NCBI GenBank assembly: GCA_030167865.1
Contig: JALAGF010002141.1
Span: 1 to 64,000 of the forward strand
From: Craspedostauros australis
Taxonomy: Eukaryota
Length of the DNA stretch: 64,000 nucleotides
Direction of reading: 5' to 3'
Shown here: in pieces, positions 1 through 11,873 of the stretch
Layout: each line of letters opens with the position of its first letter
Position numbering within the stretch: position 1 is the stretch's first letter
The notes under the pieces: generated by a model
Database searches by the model: none
Told to the model about the DNA's origin: nothing
The model's input: only the letters and a program-made list of their open reading frames with translations
Translations under genes and position numbers: made by a program

Positions 1-1
1 T

Positions 2-487
2 TCCAACCCAATCGTCTACATCTTCCTCCAGTTCTGTCTGTTGTTGGAAGCCACCGGTATCTGCTCTGGAGCCTGGGTCCTTGCTTCCATTCACAAGGCC
101 GTCTCCGGCTTCCAGCTCGATGAGGTGTACATTGGCACCCCAGAGGAGCGTGCCGCCGGCATGAAGCCAGACCACCAGAGCAACCGCAACATGCACCTTG
201 GAACCAATGTGCTTGTCGGCGAGGCCGGTTCCACCGCCATCCCACGCGAGTACCTCGAGCTCCAGAAGGCCCTCGCCACACAGAAAGAGTCTTACGCCGT
301 CCGTCGCGAGCGCATCCAGTCCAACATCGAGGGACTCCGCGAGGAGATCAACTCGTGCAGCAACGACGACGAGGCCCGCATCTTCGAATCTGCCCTTCGC
401 ATGGAGACTGCTGCCATGAACAAGCTGAACCAGGAGGAGAACGACAGTGCCGCCGAGAGTGACGAGGAGATGGGTGTGCAGAAGTAA
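2..487 (+). CDS. SIT: Diatom silicon transporter (SIT), 3' partial
   Basis: Frame is open from base 2: SNPIVYIFLQFCLLLEATGICSGAWVLASIHKAVSGFQLDEVYIGTPEERAA. This matches the conserved last-TM and post-TM motif of diatom SITs (LExTGICSGAWVLA.IHK...GFQ.DEVYIGT.EER), followed by a predicted coiled-coil tail. The 5' part lies outside the window. Confidence 0.9.
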   Translation, partial: SNPIVYIFLQFCLLLEATGICSGAWVLASIHKAVSGFQLDEVYIGTPEERAAGMKPDHQSNRNMHLGTNVLVGEAGSTAIPREYLELQKALATQKESYAVRRERIQSNIEGLREEINSCSNDDEARIFESALRMETAAMNKLNQEENDSAAESDEEMGVQK

Positions 488-1058
488 GCACTTGACCGAT
501 TGAGGTGAATTGAGGCGCAACGACAGCGCGCCGTTCCAATACATCATCACACCAACGCACCAACGAACCAACGCACCCACACAAATGCATCACGCCGCCG
601 ATGGCATCTTGAGATTTATCGTGGATTTCAGACCATGGCGCCGCTTTCCTCCAATGGAGGCAAAGCGAGATGGCATCTACACGTACCTGTCACAACAGAT
701 CACTGCGCATGAATTGAACTGAGGCGACATGATATCAGGAGCGAAGTACTTGAAGTATCATTGAGCTCGCTCCGTACAGCACATAGCGAGCACACCACAG
801 TGCCAATACTCCGCGATAATTGTAGCCACAGAACAATAGTCAATCAACACGCCACTTCTCTTGCAGTGCACAGGCATCGTCTCATGCACAGGACGTATCA
901 ATGGAATGGATAGCTGTGCTTGGTACTGGAGGACTTCATACCTCTTCGTGAGTACGACTAAGGAGGTTAGTATCTACTTTATTGCTTTTGCTTCGCTTCA
1001 TGCTGTCGTTCGGTTGTTCTCATACAATTTTTTCTGCTCGATTCAACGAGTGTCGCAC

Positions 1059-2081
1059 TTACATGCCACCTCCGGACATGGACCACAAGCCATCGGCCTT
1101 CAAGTTGGTTCCAGAAATGAAGGATGCTTCATCCGAAAGCAGGAAGGAGACCAAGGGGGAGATCTCCCTCGCTTTGCCTGGTCGGCCCCACAATGGCTGC
1201 AAGGCGGCGCCGACGAGCTGGTACGTGGCATCATCCACGGGCATGATGTTCGTGTGCACAACGCCTGGCATGACGCCGTTGACGCGGATGCGTGGAGCAT
1301 TCTCGACTGCGGCAGTCTCGACAAGGGAGTTCACGAATGCCTTGGATGCCGAGTAGATGGCGGAGCCAGCACTCTTTGGTCCGATCACCGCCTGTCCCAT
1401 GCAGCTACTGTTCACGACGATCGATCCCGTTGGTCCGTCCTCACCCACGGTCTTCTTGATGGCTGGAATCAGATATCGCATGGCATAAATGACGCCCTTC
1501 ACGTTGCTGTAAATGAGCATGGCACGAGTATGGCACGAGTATGGATATGGTAGAAAAGCGCGATTGAGGACGAAGAGAAGCAAGTAGAATAGTGTAGTAT
1601 AGTATGATAGATGCGGAGTGTGAGCGTTGATGTGGATGCGCTTGTACGTGTACGAGGATCATGTCTCGTGTATGATACCACATGTACAAATGCAAGTATT
1701 AGTCGTACTGAGGGATACTGCCAATACTTACATGTCCAAAAGATCATCAATATCTTGATCAGACACTTCGGGGATTGTTGCCCCTCCGCGGTAGGCACCA
1801 GCATTGATAAAGGCACCATGGATGCCGCCGAAGGTTGACACGGTCTTATCGACAGCGCGTTTCATGTCTTCAGCCGACGAGGCATCGCCGGCGACGACGA
1901 GGGTCTTGGTGTTCGGGTGCGCCTTGCTGATCTCATCTGCGACGACCTGGAGACGATCCTTGCCACGGGAGACAAGGGTGAGAGCCTTGGCATTCTTGGA
2001 GGCCAGGTACAGGGCAGCGTCTTTGCCCATTCCGGAGCTGGCGCCGGTAATCAGATAGATCTTGCCTTCTTGAGTGGTCAT
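1059..2081 (-). CDS. Classical short-chain dehydrogenase/reductase, 2 exons (2081-1732, 1506-1059)
   Basis: TGASSGMG Rossmann motif, NAG, NSS catalytic Ser and YSASK (YxxxK). GT-AG intron 1731-1507 joins in frame to give DLLD-I-NVKG. Confidence 0.92.
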
Positions 2082-2559
2082 GATTGTTGGTGGAGTAGAG
2101 TAGGAATATTTGTTGTTGTTGTGGAGACTGTGATGTCTGTGTTCGTTGTGGTTACGCTTTTGGTTGTTGGAGGATTGCTTTTTGTGAGCTGATCAGGATG
2201 GTTGGTCAAAGAGACACATGGAGAAAGAACGAGAAAGATGCTGTTGATGTCATAGTACAAGCACAAACAGAAGCACATGTACTAGCATTAGCACAAGTCC
2301 TCGTATGTGAGCATGATGCAATGCAGAGAGTTGAATGAAACAGTTCTGAACATCGCCGGAGCTCCTGTTGTGATAGTGACGACTGCAGAAGATGTCAACA
2401 GATGCTTCGTCGGAATTCGAAAGATCTCGATCATGTTCTTCGGCGAAGTTTAGAGACGGATAGCCACAAACCGACCATTGCGGGAGGAACCGCATTCATT
2501 CCATTCGGTTCCATCGTGGGCGCCTGTACATACCATCTAACATATTCTCTCTATCTATC

Positions 2560-2713
2560 TATTGACTGATTGACTGACTGATTGACTGACTGGTTGACTG
2601 GTTGACTGATTGACTGATTGACTGATTGACTGACTGACTGACTGACTGACTGACTGACTGACTGACTGATTGACTGACTGACTGACTGACTGACTGACTG
2701 ATTGATTGATTGA
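2560..2713. repeat. (TGAC/TGAT)n tetranucleotide microsatellite
   Basis: About 150 bp of tgac repeats with tgat/tggt variants, preceded by a short (ctat)n run. It generates the spurious SQSV-repeat ORFs. Confidence 0.95.
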
Positions 2714-3825
2714 CGACATGCTGGTAACGTAACGAGACGAGAACAACCAAATCGAGATCGCAACGGGGCAGAGCGCAGAACTGCCCTGTCTCTGTGTCTC
2801 TCTGAACCACCGCTCCTCATCAACCCGATCGACATAGTCTGCGATGATGTCACCAGCACCACCGCCACTATTCGCACTTCTATGGTACTATACGTGTATG
2901 GACTCCATGGTATTCTCTACCCTCGAAGAGGCCTCCTCGTTCTCTTTTGTCCATCGCCATTCGCCACGGTCACAGCGCGCCGTTCTGCCTCTTGTTTTGT
3001 TGCAGACTTGTTACGAATACACTGTGTGACACATGTTCCGTCTGGCCCTTCATCGTCGGAAAGCACAGTTCGACGAACACTTGTTCGTGTTGAAGCTGCT
3101 TGTTATCGGACGCGTTCGTCCATCGAGTCGTGTCAACATCTCAAACGTGGCAGTTCGTTTTCACGTTCACGTTCTCTTCTTCGGCGCGGAATGGGAACCA
3201 GTTCGTGGAGAAGTTCCACACAAAACAAACACACGAGCACACCAACAAGAGCATCCCTGCGAATCAAAGACCCGTGTCGCATTCACATCGTCGTGGAGTA
3301 CGACTATGTACGAGTGGAGTTGTTGTATCGACATGGCTCCGCCACAGATGATCCTCGGTGCTACTCAAGAATTCTTCTCTCGTGTCATCCATTCTCAGAG
3401 CGAACGCAATGGAGTCCGCGCCTGCTTGTACCATACACCCTCAGAGGGCAAGCAGCAGCAGCAGCAGCTGAGTGGGAAGATACTTCAATGCGCCCCTGCG
3501 TTGATCTTGATCATGTATTGTTGGAGAGTAATGCGATTACGTTATCTTGCAGCATTCCCCTGTACTATAGCCTTCATATCGCTGCTGACGTTTGTTCTGC
3601 TGAGCCTGCTCTCCCTCCCAACCACACTCTGTCAGAGCTACGTGTGTATCCCTTTTGGGTGTTCGTAAGTTTGCACCCGACGTGGAGTATCATATCTTGT
3701 GAGCCTGCCAAACATCCTTGGATGCCCAATGTGTATACTTGTACTTGTATATACGTGGCCCAGGCCTCCCCAATGCCCCTTCCCCCTGATGTTACTTCGT
3801 AAACTTTCCCTTTCTACCTCCTGGA

Positions 3826-6450
3826 TCACATGGAATCTCGACGGCAAGCATGCTGGCGAGGAAGCAATGGTGCCCGTGGAATCCTTGCGCTCTTGGGCTT
3901 CTTCGAGTGTACCGGACTCGCTGTCGATGATTGCTGAGCTTGTGGCGGGCTGTTCTTGTGATCAGATCCTTCGTTTGCAGTCTTGTCCGAATGGCCATGG
4001 CCATGGCGCCTGGAGCCGGATGGTTTAGTGCAGGGTGACGGCTTCCTCGTTCGTCCCTTCGCGTGACGAGATGGCAGGGAAGAACTGCGTGCGTTTCGCG
4101 GTGAAGATTTCTCCTTGTCTGCAGCCTCGTCCCCTACTCTTCTGTGACCGCTGCGCCGGCGCGGAGAGCTGTGATCAGACGATGTGGACGAAATGGAAGT
4201 GGATATGGTTTGCACCGTTCCTCCGTCACCTGACTTGCCATGTTTTGCGTGCGACCTGCCCGTGCTGTGCGTGCGGACTTTGTGGCTCCTTCGACCGCTG
4301 GGCGACCTGGACTTCTCCTTCCTCGAATGCCCATGAGCGTGATCGCGTGCGTGTTTTGCGCTGCCGCTGCCGCTACCACTGCTGCTGCCGTTATTGTTTG
4401 CGCCTGTGAAGTACTTCGTTTCTGAGATGCGCTTTCGGGACAAGCTACGTGGCCGACGGTTTGGATCATTTTCATCTTGTTCCGATGTCTCAGGGCGAGA
4501 TACGGAGAATATGTCATCGACCATATCATCCGTGCTGTCGTTGCTGTTGCTGCCCTTGATATCGTTAGAAGCGTGGCCCGAGTGCCTTTCAGGCGTGATG
4601 CAGGTGAGACAGGCTCGCCGCCCCGATTGCAGGGGTCTCTTCTTGTTGTGCTGCATGTCATCATCGCGGCCGTGCGTGCCAGCACATTCTCGCCGCCGTC
4701 TCATTTTGCCGCCCTCTTCCTTTTCGGTTCGACGACTGCTACTTTTGCTCGCTCTTCGTTTCTGATGATTGCTGAGCATCAAGTCAAGTGTTTCGCGAGC
4801 ATCGTCGAACTTCGCGCTGCGTCGGCTGCGTCGTCGTGATGATGGGCTTCGCAATTTGGAAACGAGGCCTCGTGAACGTCTCGATGGCGATGTCCCTGCG
4901 GTCGGTCCCGAACCTGCATTGCTCAAACCAGATGTCATTGACGGCATCGATTTGTTGCGCGCGCGCTGGTGCTTCCTCGGGAGCCTTGGTCTTGGCTGGC
5001 CGCGCCCAGACGGTGAATTGGTCGTGAGTTCTGGCGATGGACTCGGTGGGGACGATTCGTTCGGACCTGATTCATCTGCGGAGATTCCCATGCTGCCCAT
5101 GTTGCTACTGTCTGTCGACGCCGATCGGTGCCGTGGCGGTTTCGGAATTGGTGGCGGAGACGGGTCAGTCTTCCCGGACTGCTGCCTACGTCTGTGGCGA
5201 TGATGGTTGTGAGCGTGGGCAAGCGCTTGCCCATGCTGGTGGGAGTGGCGGTGGTAGTGATGCCGCTCGCCTTGCTGGCGCAGTTTCCGGAGGTGCTTCG
5301 GGCTCCCGCTGGCACTGTCAGCAGTATCCTCGCTATCAAAGCTGCTATCACGCAGGTCGTGCGGCTGTTCACGCTTCTTCGGAGAGAATAGGTCTCGGTC
5401 GGGAGTCCATGGACCATCAGCATGGCGCTGCGATGAAGCGTTGTCCCCAAAAGTGTTGTCGCCAAAGGCATGCTCATCAAAGGTGTTGGGGAAGATAACG
5501 TCCAAACCTTCGACGGAACTCGCGCCAGGAGATGCGGCGGTTCCTTTCTCTTTCCACAAGTTGCTGTCGATCGATGAGATGCCACCGCTGTTGCTGATTG
5601 TTTGGATTCTGGTGGGCGTGGAATCTCTGGACGGCCGCTGCAGGAAGTTGCGCTGGCTGCGCGGCGTCACGGACGTGGTCTTGTCGCGCCGGCCGGGTGA
5701 ATCCATCAGCATCTGCGTCGACTCGGCCGCATCATGATGGGCAGTGCTGGAAGGCGCGTACCGATCTCGCACTGGTGACGGAGACGATCTGGGCATGCGA
5801 GAACCAACCGTGCGGGATCCCGGTTTGCGACTGTACGGTTGTCGATGGTAGCCGGGCGTTTGCGTTTGCGCTTGGTCCAGATCCAGCACCCCCACCGATT
5901 TGGATGTCATCAAGTTCATCATTCGTCTCCTGGACATGGGTGTGAGCGTGGTTGACGGCGGAACTGATTGAAAGCTCCTGGTGGATGTGTCCCGAGCGAT
6001 TGCTGGTGGCTTGCTGAGGGGGAACCCAACGAGGCCCTGGAGCTCGGCCTGCATCGATGCGGGTCCAGACGACGCCAACGACGATGGCGCTTGTTTGCCT
6101 TTTGGCTTCGCGGTGGGAGTCTTCGCGATATCACCTGGTGAAGTATCGAGGGATTTCTGTGCAATATCCAAGGCCGACGCAACTGCATCAGCGGAAGACC
6201 CAGCCGGCATTGCGCTGTTGATGGATGAGATGGTGGGAAGGTTGTTGTTCTTGACCGAGAGGTTTGCCGATGTTGGTTTGGGGCTGGTGTCATCCCAGAC
6301 ATCAAAATCGTTGAGATCCTCACCGAAGACGTCGGAGGAGGATTCATGGAACCTTTGCTGGAACTGTGTTGGAGACAGTGCCCCTTCCATCGACGTCGCC
6401 GTGTCGAAACCGGAATCGGTGGCCTTTGCTGAGGTCCCCAGCAACGCCAT
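3826..6450 (-). CDS. Hypothetical intrinsically disordered S/R/H/P-rich protein (874 aa)
   Basis: 2.6-kb uninterrupted ORF of low-complexity composition with no recognisable domain. A possible acceptor (TTTCTCTTTCGGATAG) lies just upstream, so the 5' structure is uncertain. Confidence 0.65.
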   Translation of the reverse strand: MALLGTSAKATDSGFDTATSMEGALSPTQFQQRFHESSSDVFGEDLNDFDVWDDTSPKPTSANLSVKNNNLPTISSINSAMPAGSSADAVASALDIAQKSLDTSPGDIAKTPTAKPKGKQAPSSLASSGPASMQAELQGLVGFPLSKPPAIARDTSTRSFQSVPPSTTLTPMSRRRMMNLMTSKSVGVLDLDQAQTQTPGYHRQPYSRKPGSRTVGSRMPRSSPSPVRDRYAPSSTAHHDAAESTQMLMDSPGRRDKTTSVTPRSQRNFLQRPSRDSTPTRIQTISNSGGISSIDSNLWKEKGTAASPGASSVEGLDVIFPNTFDEHAFGDNTFGDNASSQRHADGPWTPDRDLFSPKKREQPHDLRDSSFDSEDTADSASGSPKHLRKLRQQGERHHYHRHSHQHGQALAHAHNHHRHRRRQQSGKTDPSPPPIPKPPRHRSASTDSSNMGSMGISADESGPNESSPPSPSPELTTNSPSGRGQPRPRLPRKHQRARNKSMPSMTSGLSNAGSGPTAGTSPSRRSRGLVSKLRSPSSRRRSRRSAKFDDARETLDLMLSNHQKRRASKSSSRRTEKEEGGKMRRRRECAGTHGRDDDMQHNKKRPLQSGRRACLTCITPERHSGHASNDIKGSNSNDSTDDMVDDIFSVSRPETSEQDENDPNRRPRSLSRKRISETKYFTGANNNGSSSGSGSGSAKHARDHAHGHSRKEKSRSPSGRRSHKVRTHSTGRSHAKHGKSGDGGTVQTISTSISSTSSDHSSPRRRSGHRRVGDEAADKEKSSPRNARSSSLPSRHAKGRTRKPSPCTKPSGSRRHGHGHSDKTANEGSDHKNSPPQAQQSSTASPVHSKKPKSARIPRAPLLPRQHACRRDSM

Positions 6451-8935
6451 GGTGCGCTGACCCTATCCGAAAGAGAAACAGGAGGGGGTGGTCCGGTGTC
6501 GTATTGCGCCGTGGAGGCGATCAGTTGGATGATGTGGAGATCGGGGCAATGCTCTCTGGATCCTTGTGCCGTGCTGAGCTATGCTGAGCTGTGTCTGTTG
6601 ACCCCACCGTCGATTAATTCTTGTGTGGTAAGAACAAAGCTTGAGCTTGGGGGTGATTGCGATTGTGATTGCTGTTGGTTCCGGTGATGCCTGTGCACGT
6701 GGCAATTGCAATTGCAATTGGTGGCGTTGCTGATCGTGTGAATGAAGCAGTTGCTGGTACCGCAGTTGTTGTTGGTGCTCAAACGCTTCCCCCGTTTTCT
6801 GAGTCCTGTCTCCTCCGATTCCACACCAACAAGTGCACTTGCCTCTCTGATTGATTCCCTCCTGCCTTCTGCCTTCAACAAAGACGTTGCAGAATCGATT
6901 CGCGGCGTGTTCTTTCCTTGTCGCTGCGGTCTCTGCGACCAATCGAACGGTCTGTGCAAAGTATTCTTTCAGTAACTGTGCTCGTATTGACGCGGTTATC
7001 CACGAGGATGTATTGTATGTATTCGTAATCCTCGGCTCGTGTGCCCTCTGTCTGCGAAGATGGAGGAGGAGGAGATGTCACCAATGTGATCGTCGATCGT
7101 ATTCGCGTCCACGATTGTGTCTTTGGAGACTCCAAAGGAACATCCAAAGGAGGGCAACAACTCGCTTCGATGAAGGCGCTGGAGCGGCTTCGAAGCCTTG
7201 TTGTGAATCCGGAGCGTTGTTGTGGATTGGATCGGTGTGGATGTGGATGATGACGGAGTAGAAAGTCCCGCGAGGTTCGATTCTGCCCAAACCAGAGACG
7301 CCTTCACTCACTCTGTGGGTGTGCGAGCAGATGGATCGGTTGTGGTCGCCCCTTTGCTTCTCTTTGTTGTTGTGGTTTGTGTTGGCGAGGTTGTTGTTGG
7401 CTGCCACCTTGGCCCCCTTGCAGTCGCTGTTGTGCTTTGGCTGTGCGATGCGCCTTCTCCCTCCAACGAGAACGGCTCTTGGCGAGGTGATGGTCGTACG
7501 AGTACTACTAATCGTACTCGCAGGGTGGGTGGAGAACTGCTTCCTGTGCTTGTGTCTGGACTAATAGCAGACACGGCTGAAGCAGGAGCGTCCCAACAGC
7601 AACCGCAGCGGTGGTGGCGCTTGTCGAGGCCAAGAAGAAGCACGCCTGTCTGTGTGGCTTTCGCCCAGAGAGTGCACAGCAAGGAGATGGTATCTCCTGC
7701 GCGCGTTCGTGATTGTGTGACCAAAGCCAGTTGCGACTGAGGTGAGTGTCTTGATACAGCAAGAGACTTGCTCTGTGGCGCCTCCGCTGCTCCATCTGCC
7801 AGAGAGAGCACAGCAGAGCAAGACCAACAAGTGGATCCTGCCATGGCGTACGACTACGATCTATGAGTACGGGGTACGCACACGTTCCAGAGATGCATCG
7901 TGGGATGAGGAAAGTCCCCACACAAAGATACAAAGGCCACTTGTCCAAAACACGGACGTTCCGGTTGACAAGGCACAGAGGAGCGCTATGCGAAGACTTC
8001 ACAGCATCAAAGACAGAATGCTCCCCAAAACGGCTCTCGCTCGCACAGAAAGGAAGAAGAGAAACGCGAATGCATCAACGAACTCATTTCGCGGCGTGGA
8101 AGAAACGTTTAATCTTCCAAAGTCTTTAAAACCATGTCTTGTCCTTTTTGAAGTCTTGGGTCATAGATCCGCTCAAAAACGTCAACCGAACATGTTCAAG
8201 GTGGCTGTTCAATCAAACAGGCACAAAGATCAGTCGCTGTTTCGAGATTCCGCCAATGGTTGTGCTCTGCTCCTCCACACGACTTGTTGTGAGGAGATCA
8301 CGCCTGTGTCTCATTCCCAGCCCTTCCCTTCTCTCCAAATTAGCGGGTCAGTGGGTCGTATCCGTGAGCACAGATTCTGCAAAGGTACACTTACGACCTA
8401 CGCTGGTGCATCCGTCTGTATCTACCAGCCATCGTGCGAGCTAGATCGTACGATTCCAAACAAGCGGTATCGGTCACCACAACGTCCACCAAGGCACGAG
8501 TTGCCCAACGACAACATCGCCTGCAGAGAGTGATAGGGTTGGCTTTGTCAAAGTTCTTAGCCAGCTACTCGGAGAAGTTCAATGCATCTTCGGCTCGCCC
8601 GTTTCTGGTATCCGTGAATGTGCAGGGGTCTTTGGGCGCCATGCAAGTCCGAGATGAGACAGATCAGCATTGAGGTTTGGAAGATCTCTCTGTCCACATC
8701 GTGGGAACCACAAGAGCAGAGTGGGGATGAATGGAACACTTCCCCTCCCTGATGCGCGCATCGCGCCACGGCGCGGGTATGACATGACACATGACGCAAG
8801 TTGGTCACGACTTTCACGCCACCGGCGCGAATGATTGGCCACAATCTCCATCACAAAGTGTGCTCGTATCCACCCATCCTTGTTTGCCTGCCATTCCAGT
8901 CCAGTCCAGAACAAAATCGCGTGAATGCCAACGCA

Positions 8936-11311
8936 TCACACCATGCGCAACAAGCATCGATGGACCGCGGTGCCCTGCAGCTCGCATACAACTTCTGTTT
9001 CGGTTTGACCACGCCGTGGAAGCAAGGGTTGGGAAGCCCAACCGGGGCCACGCGCTCGCTGTCCTCCGCGATGGATCCATTCCAGCGTCCTTTGGGGGAG
9101 ATTCTTGCTGCCATCGCCGTTTGAATTGGATCCTGCGCCAGAAGTGGAATTATCGTCGGGTATCCGATTGTCATCTACGGGATGGTCCATATCGACGATG
9201 GTGAATCCGATTTCCTCCACTGCCATCTTGCGCATGTTCACAGCGACATCCTCGCAATTGGATTGGAGAAGAAGGAGGCCGGCATGACCACCTTTCTCCT
9301 TGGAACGCCGCAGGACTGCTGCCGCCGTTTTCAGCAGCTGTGCGTTGGCCATGAAGTCCTTTGAGCGGACGCTCGATGGCAGCTGCGCATTTCCGTTGTT
9401 TGGGCTCATCATCTGGCTTCCACCGTTGTGATGTGTCTTCGTATCCTTTGCGACATCCTCATTCGGAACTTCGCTGTCCGATCTGCCCATTCGATACGGC
9501 GTGGGGAACTGCACCATGAGCATATCCACAACTCCAGGATATCGATCATCAATCTGCTGCAGCATCGCCTCCGCAGGATACGGCACGAAGCCAACACGGC
9601 CAGTCAGGCCCCAACGCTTCGCAATCCCCTGGCTGTAGCGGCAAAGCACCGTGTTCAGCTCTCCTCCGATAAAGTTGAATGCGCCTGCAGTTGGAAGAAG
9701 CAGTGAATCTGTGGCCGCGCAATTCTGCAAGATGGATGCGTTGGTTGGCAACGTCGCCAAGCCCAAAAGAGAGACGCCCATTCCGCTTCCGAGATCCACA
9801 ATTAGTGGCCGTGTCGTGTCATCGAATAAGGCGTCGAAATCAATCTGTCTGCACTTTTGTTTGATGGAATCTGTGTTGCCATCCAAAGGTGCCGTGCTGG
9901 TACCAATAGTAGCAGAAGTAGTCGTGTCGATTCTGGTAGAATGAACAGGTAACTGTTGAGACCAAACAGCTTTGTCTGGTAGCGCCTTGCATTTCGTGCG
10001 TTGCTTGGCCTTCGTTTGTCGTGCAGAGAACCTCCAGAGCCACAGTAGTGGACGTGTCGAATGAAGACCAAATGATGATCGATCATTGTCCTGCGTCAAG
10101 CGATGATGGCGGCGATGGAGCAACAAGGTTCTCAATTCCGAATGCTCGTATCCTTTCGATTCCAGACACCGTGCTGCCGCGTGATACGCGGCATCTGCGG
10201 TCGGACCGCTCGCGCCAGATGCTGCCAGCTTCTCGATGTGCTGCAAGATATGCTTCGCCAGAAAGGATGGCCGGAATCCGGTGCGATCCAACTCCAGCTG
10301 AGAGACTTTGGCAAGCTTTTCGTGGAGGATGGGATCGGAGACGCCTGCCATGCTGAAGAAGAAGGCAGCATCCGCTGACGCACGACCTCGAATGTCCGTC
10401 CCCAACGTCCAGTCGAGTCTCTGCATTGCCGTGCTCACCAGCTGATCAATCTCCGCTTGAAACCGCTCATCCCCTCGTCCCTGCGCTATTTCTTTTCCAT
10501 TCCCGGCACAATGGCCACCAAATCTCGCCTCTTCCTCCTCCTCCAAGTACTCGTTCGCGGATTTGTACCTCTCCGTGACGACACGTAGAACTTCTCGAGC
10601 AATCTCTGCTGTATGTTGGAATGGATACAGATCAGGCTCGATCGTGGTCCAGTCCGAATCCACCACCAAGTCACCTTCCTCTCGTTTCTCCTTCTCTGAC
10701 AACTGGCACAGGGGAACGATCTTCCATTCACAAGAGCCATCGTTTCGCAAAAGGAAGCGGCGGTCTCGCTTCAGCAGATACGTGAAGGCATGGAGGATGC
10801 GAGAGAGATTCGCTCGGCCGAGCAGTGCATCAGGTAGATTCAATGCCCGATCCAGCGCGAAGTACACCTGCGGGGCGGGACTCTGGAAGCACGGCAGCAT
10901 CTCCTTGCCGTCATTGGGACGGATCGTCCACGCTGTGGCTCGCCAACATTCGTCAAACGCTTCTAGGTGTTGCGGCATCCGACATGCATCAGTGCCCGCA
11001 TCGTTGCACATCTCGGATTTGCCATGCATGTCGGTGCGAAGGAAGAGGGTCGAGCATCGCTGCCGGCCGCGAAGCTTCTCATCACGTCTCCGTATCCGCA
11101 GTCGCAACGCTTGCGACTGCGAGCCGCCATGGTATTGAGAAATGAACGACGACGCTAGTCGCGTTGTGTGATCCCTATGCACCGTGCGGCTTGTCCAAAG
11201 AGCATCCGCAACCTGAAATCCGCTGAATGATGCAACGCTGCATAAAGATGCTGCGGAGAAGCGACCCAATGTGGCCCACAAGATCGGCGTTGGCATCCTG
11301 GATCGTCTCAT
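8936..11311 (-). CDS. SAM-dependent methyltransferase, TrmB/Trm8 (tRNA m7G46)-like, with long N-terminal extension
   Basis: PLIVDLGSGMG (motif I), FNFIGGELN, MVQFPTPY (cf. FPDPW), LLLQSNCEDVA and C-terminal TETEVVCELQGTAVHR occur in TrmB-like order. Start is uncertain (11311 chosen; ORF is open to 11530). Confidence 0.7.
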   Translation of the reverse strand: MRRSRMPTPILWATLGRFSAASLCSVASFSGFQVADALWTSRTVHRDHTTRLASSFISQYHGGSQSQALRLRIRRRDEKLRGRQRCSTLFLRTDMHGKSEMCNDAGTDACRMPQHLEAFDECWRATAWTIRPNDGKEMLPCFQSPAPQVYFALDRALNLPDALLGRANLSRILHAFTYLLKRDRRFLLRNDGSCEWKIVPLCQLSEKEKREEGDLVVDSDWTTIEPDLYPFQHTAEIAREVLRVVTERYKSANEYLEEEEEARFGGHCAGNGKEIAQGRGDERFQAEIDQLVSTAMQRLDWTLGTDIRGRASADAAFFFSMAGVSDPILHEKLAKVSQLELDRTGFRPSFLAKHILQHIEKLAASGASGPTADAAYHAAARCLESKGYEHSELRTLLLHRRHHRLTQDNDRSSFGLHSTRPLLWLWRFSARQTKAKQRTKCKALPDKAVWSQQLPVHSTRIDTTTSATIGTSTAPLDGNTDSIKQKCRQIDFDALFDDTTRPLIVDLGSGMGVSLLGLATLPTNASILQNCAATDSLLLPTAGAFNFIGGELNTVLCRYSQGIAKRWGLTGRVGFVPYPAEAMLQQIDDRYPGVVDMLMVQFPTPYRMGRSDSEVPNEDVAKDTKTHHNGGSQMMSPNNGNAQLPSSVRSKDFMANAQLLKTAAAVLRRSKEKGGHAGLLLLQSNCEDVAVNMRKMAVEEIGFTIVDMDHPVDDNRIPDDNSTSGAGSNSNGDGSKNLPQRTLEWIHRGGQRARGPGWASQPLLPRRGQTETEVVCELQGTAVHRCLLRMV

Positions 11312-11873
11312 CGTTACAGTGACAGCGATCACCGTGTTTTCTTGGCATCGCTGTTTACTGTTGTTGTTTCTGATGATGCTTCTGATAATGATAGAGTCAG
11401 TCGCATTCATCAAGAGTTCACTGTAGCAACAACATCGATGATGACCCATCGCGACCTCACTCCGTTCTACTGTTCTTGGAATCGTACCGCGGCAGCTCCC
11501 ACAACACAACTTCACATCACATGGCGACACATCACACCAAACATCGTCCGCTCGAAACGTGGATATGTCGGATCGAGAGGTGTTGCTTCTTGGCCTCCAC
11601 GATTGGGGACGGACACAATGACTTCAGTGTTCGTGACTGGACTCAACGGAGGCCGAGACAACAACGCGCACTTTGTGCGTTGTGTCAATTGTCACAGATC
11701 GTGTGAGAAAATCGTGGACAGAAATCGTGGGTGCGAACAGGGTGTTCCCCAAAGCACGATCTATCCACCAAGGTGTTGTACCACACTGTGGCATCACAGA
11801 TGATACAAGCATACGCAGCAGGCAACGCTCCCATTCAGAACAACAGACAAGGACCGAGCAGGATCTCCCCGCG

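Noticed and set aside
2551-2877. SQSV-repeat ORFs
   Set aside because: Translation artefacts of the (TGAC)n microsatellite.
2882-3802. 306-aa and 211-aa overlapping + strand ORFs
   Set aside because: No recognisable motifs and atypical composition. Cannot be supported as genes.
6460-8930. 2.5-kb gap with several medium ORFs (e.g. 7742-8533); possible decayed gene or transposon
   Set aside because: No transposase, RT or integrase motifs, terminal repeats or consistent frame were found. Left unannotated.
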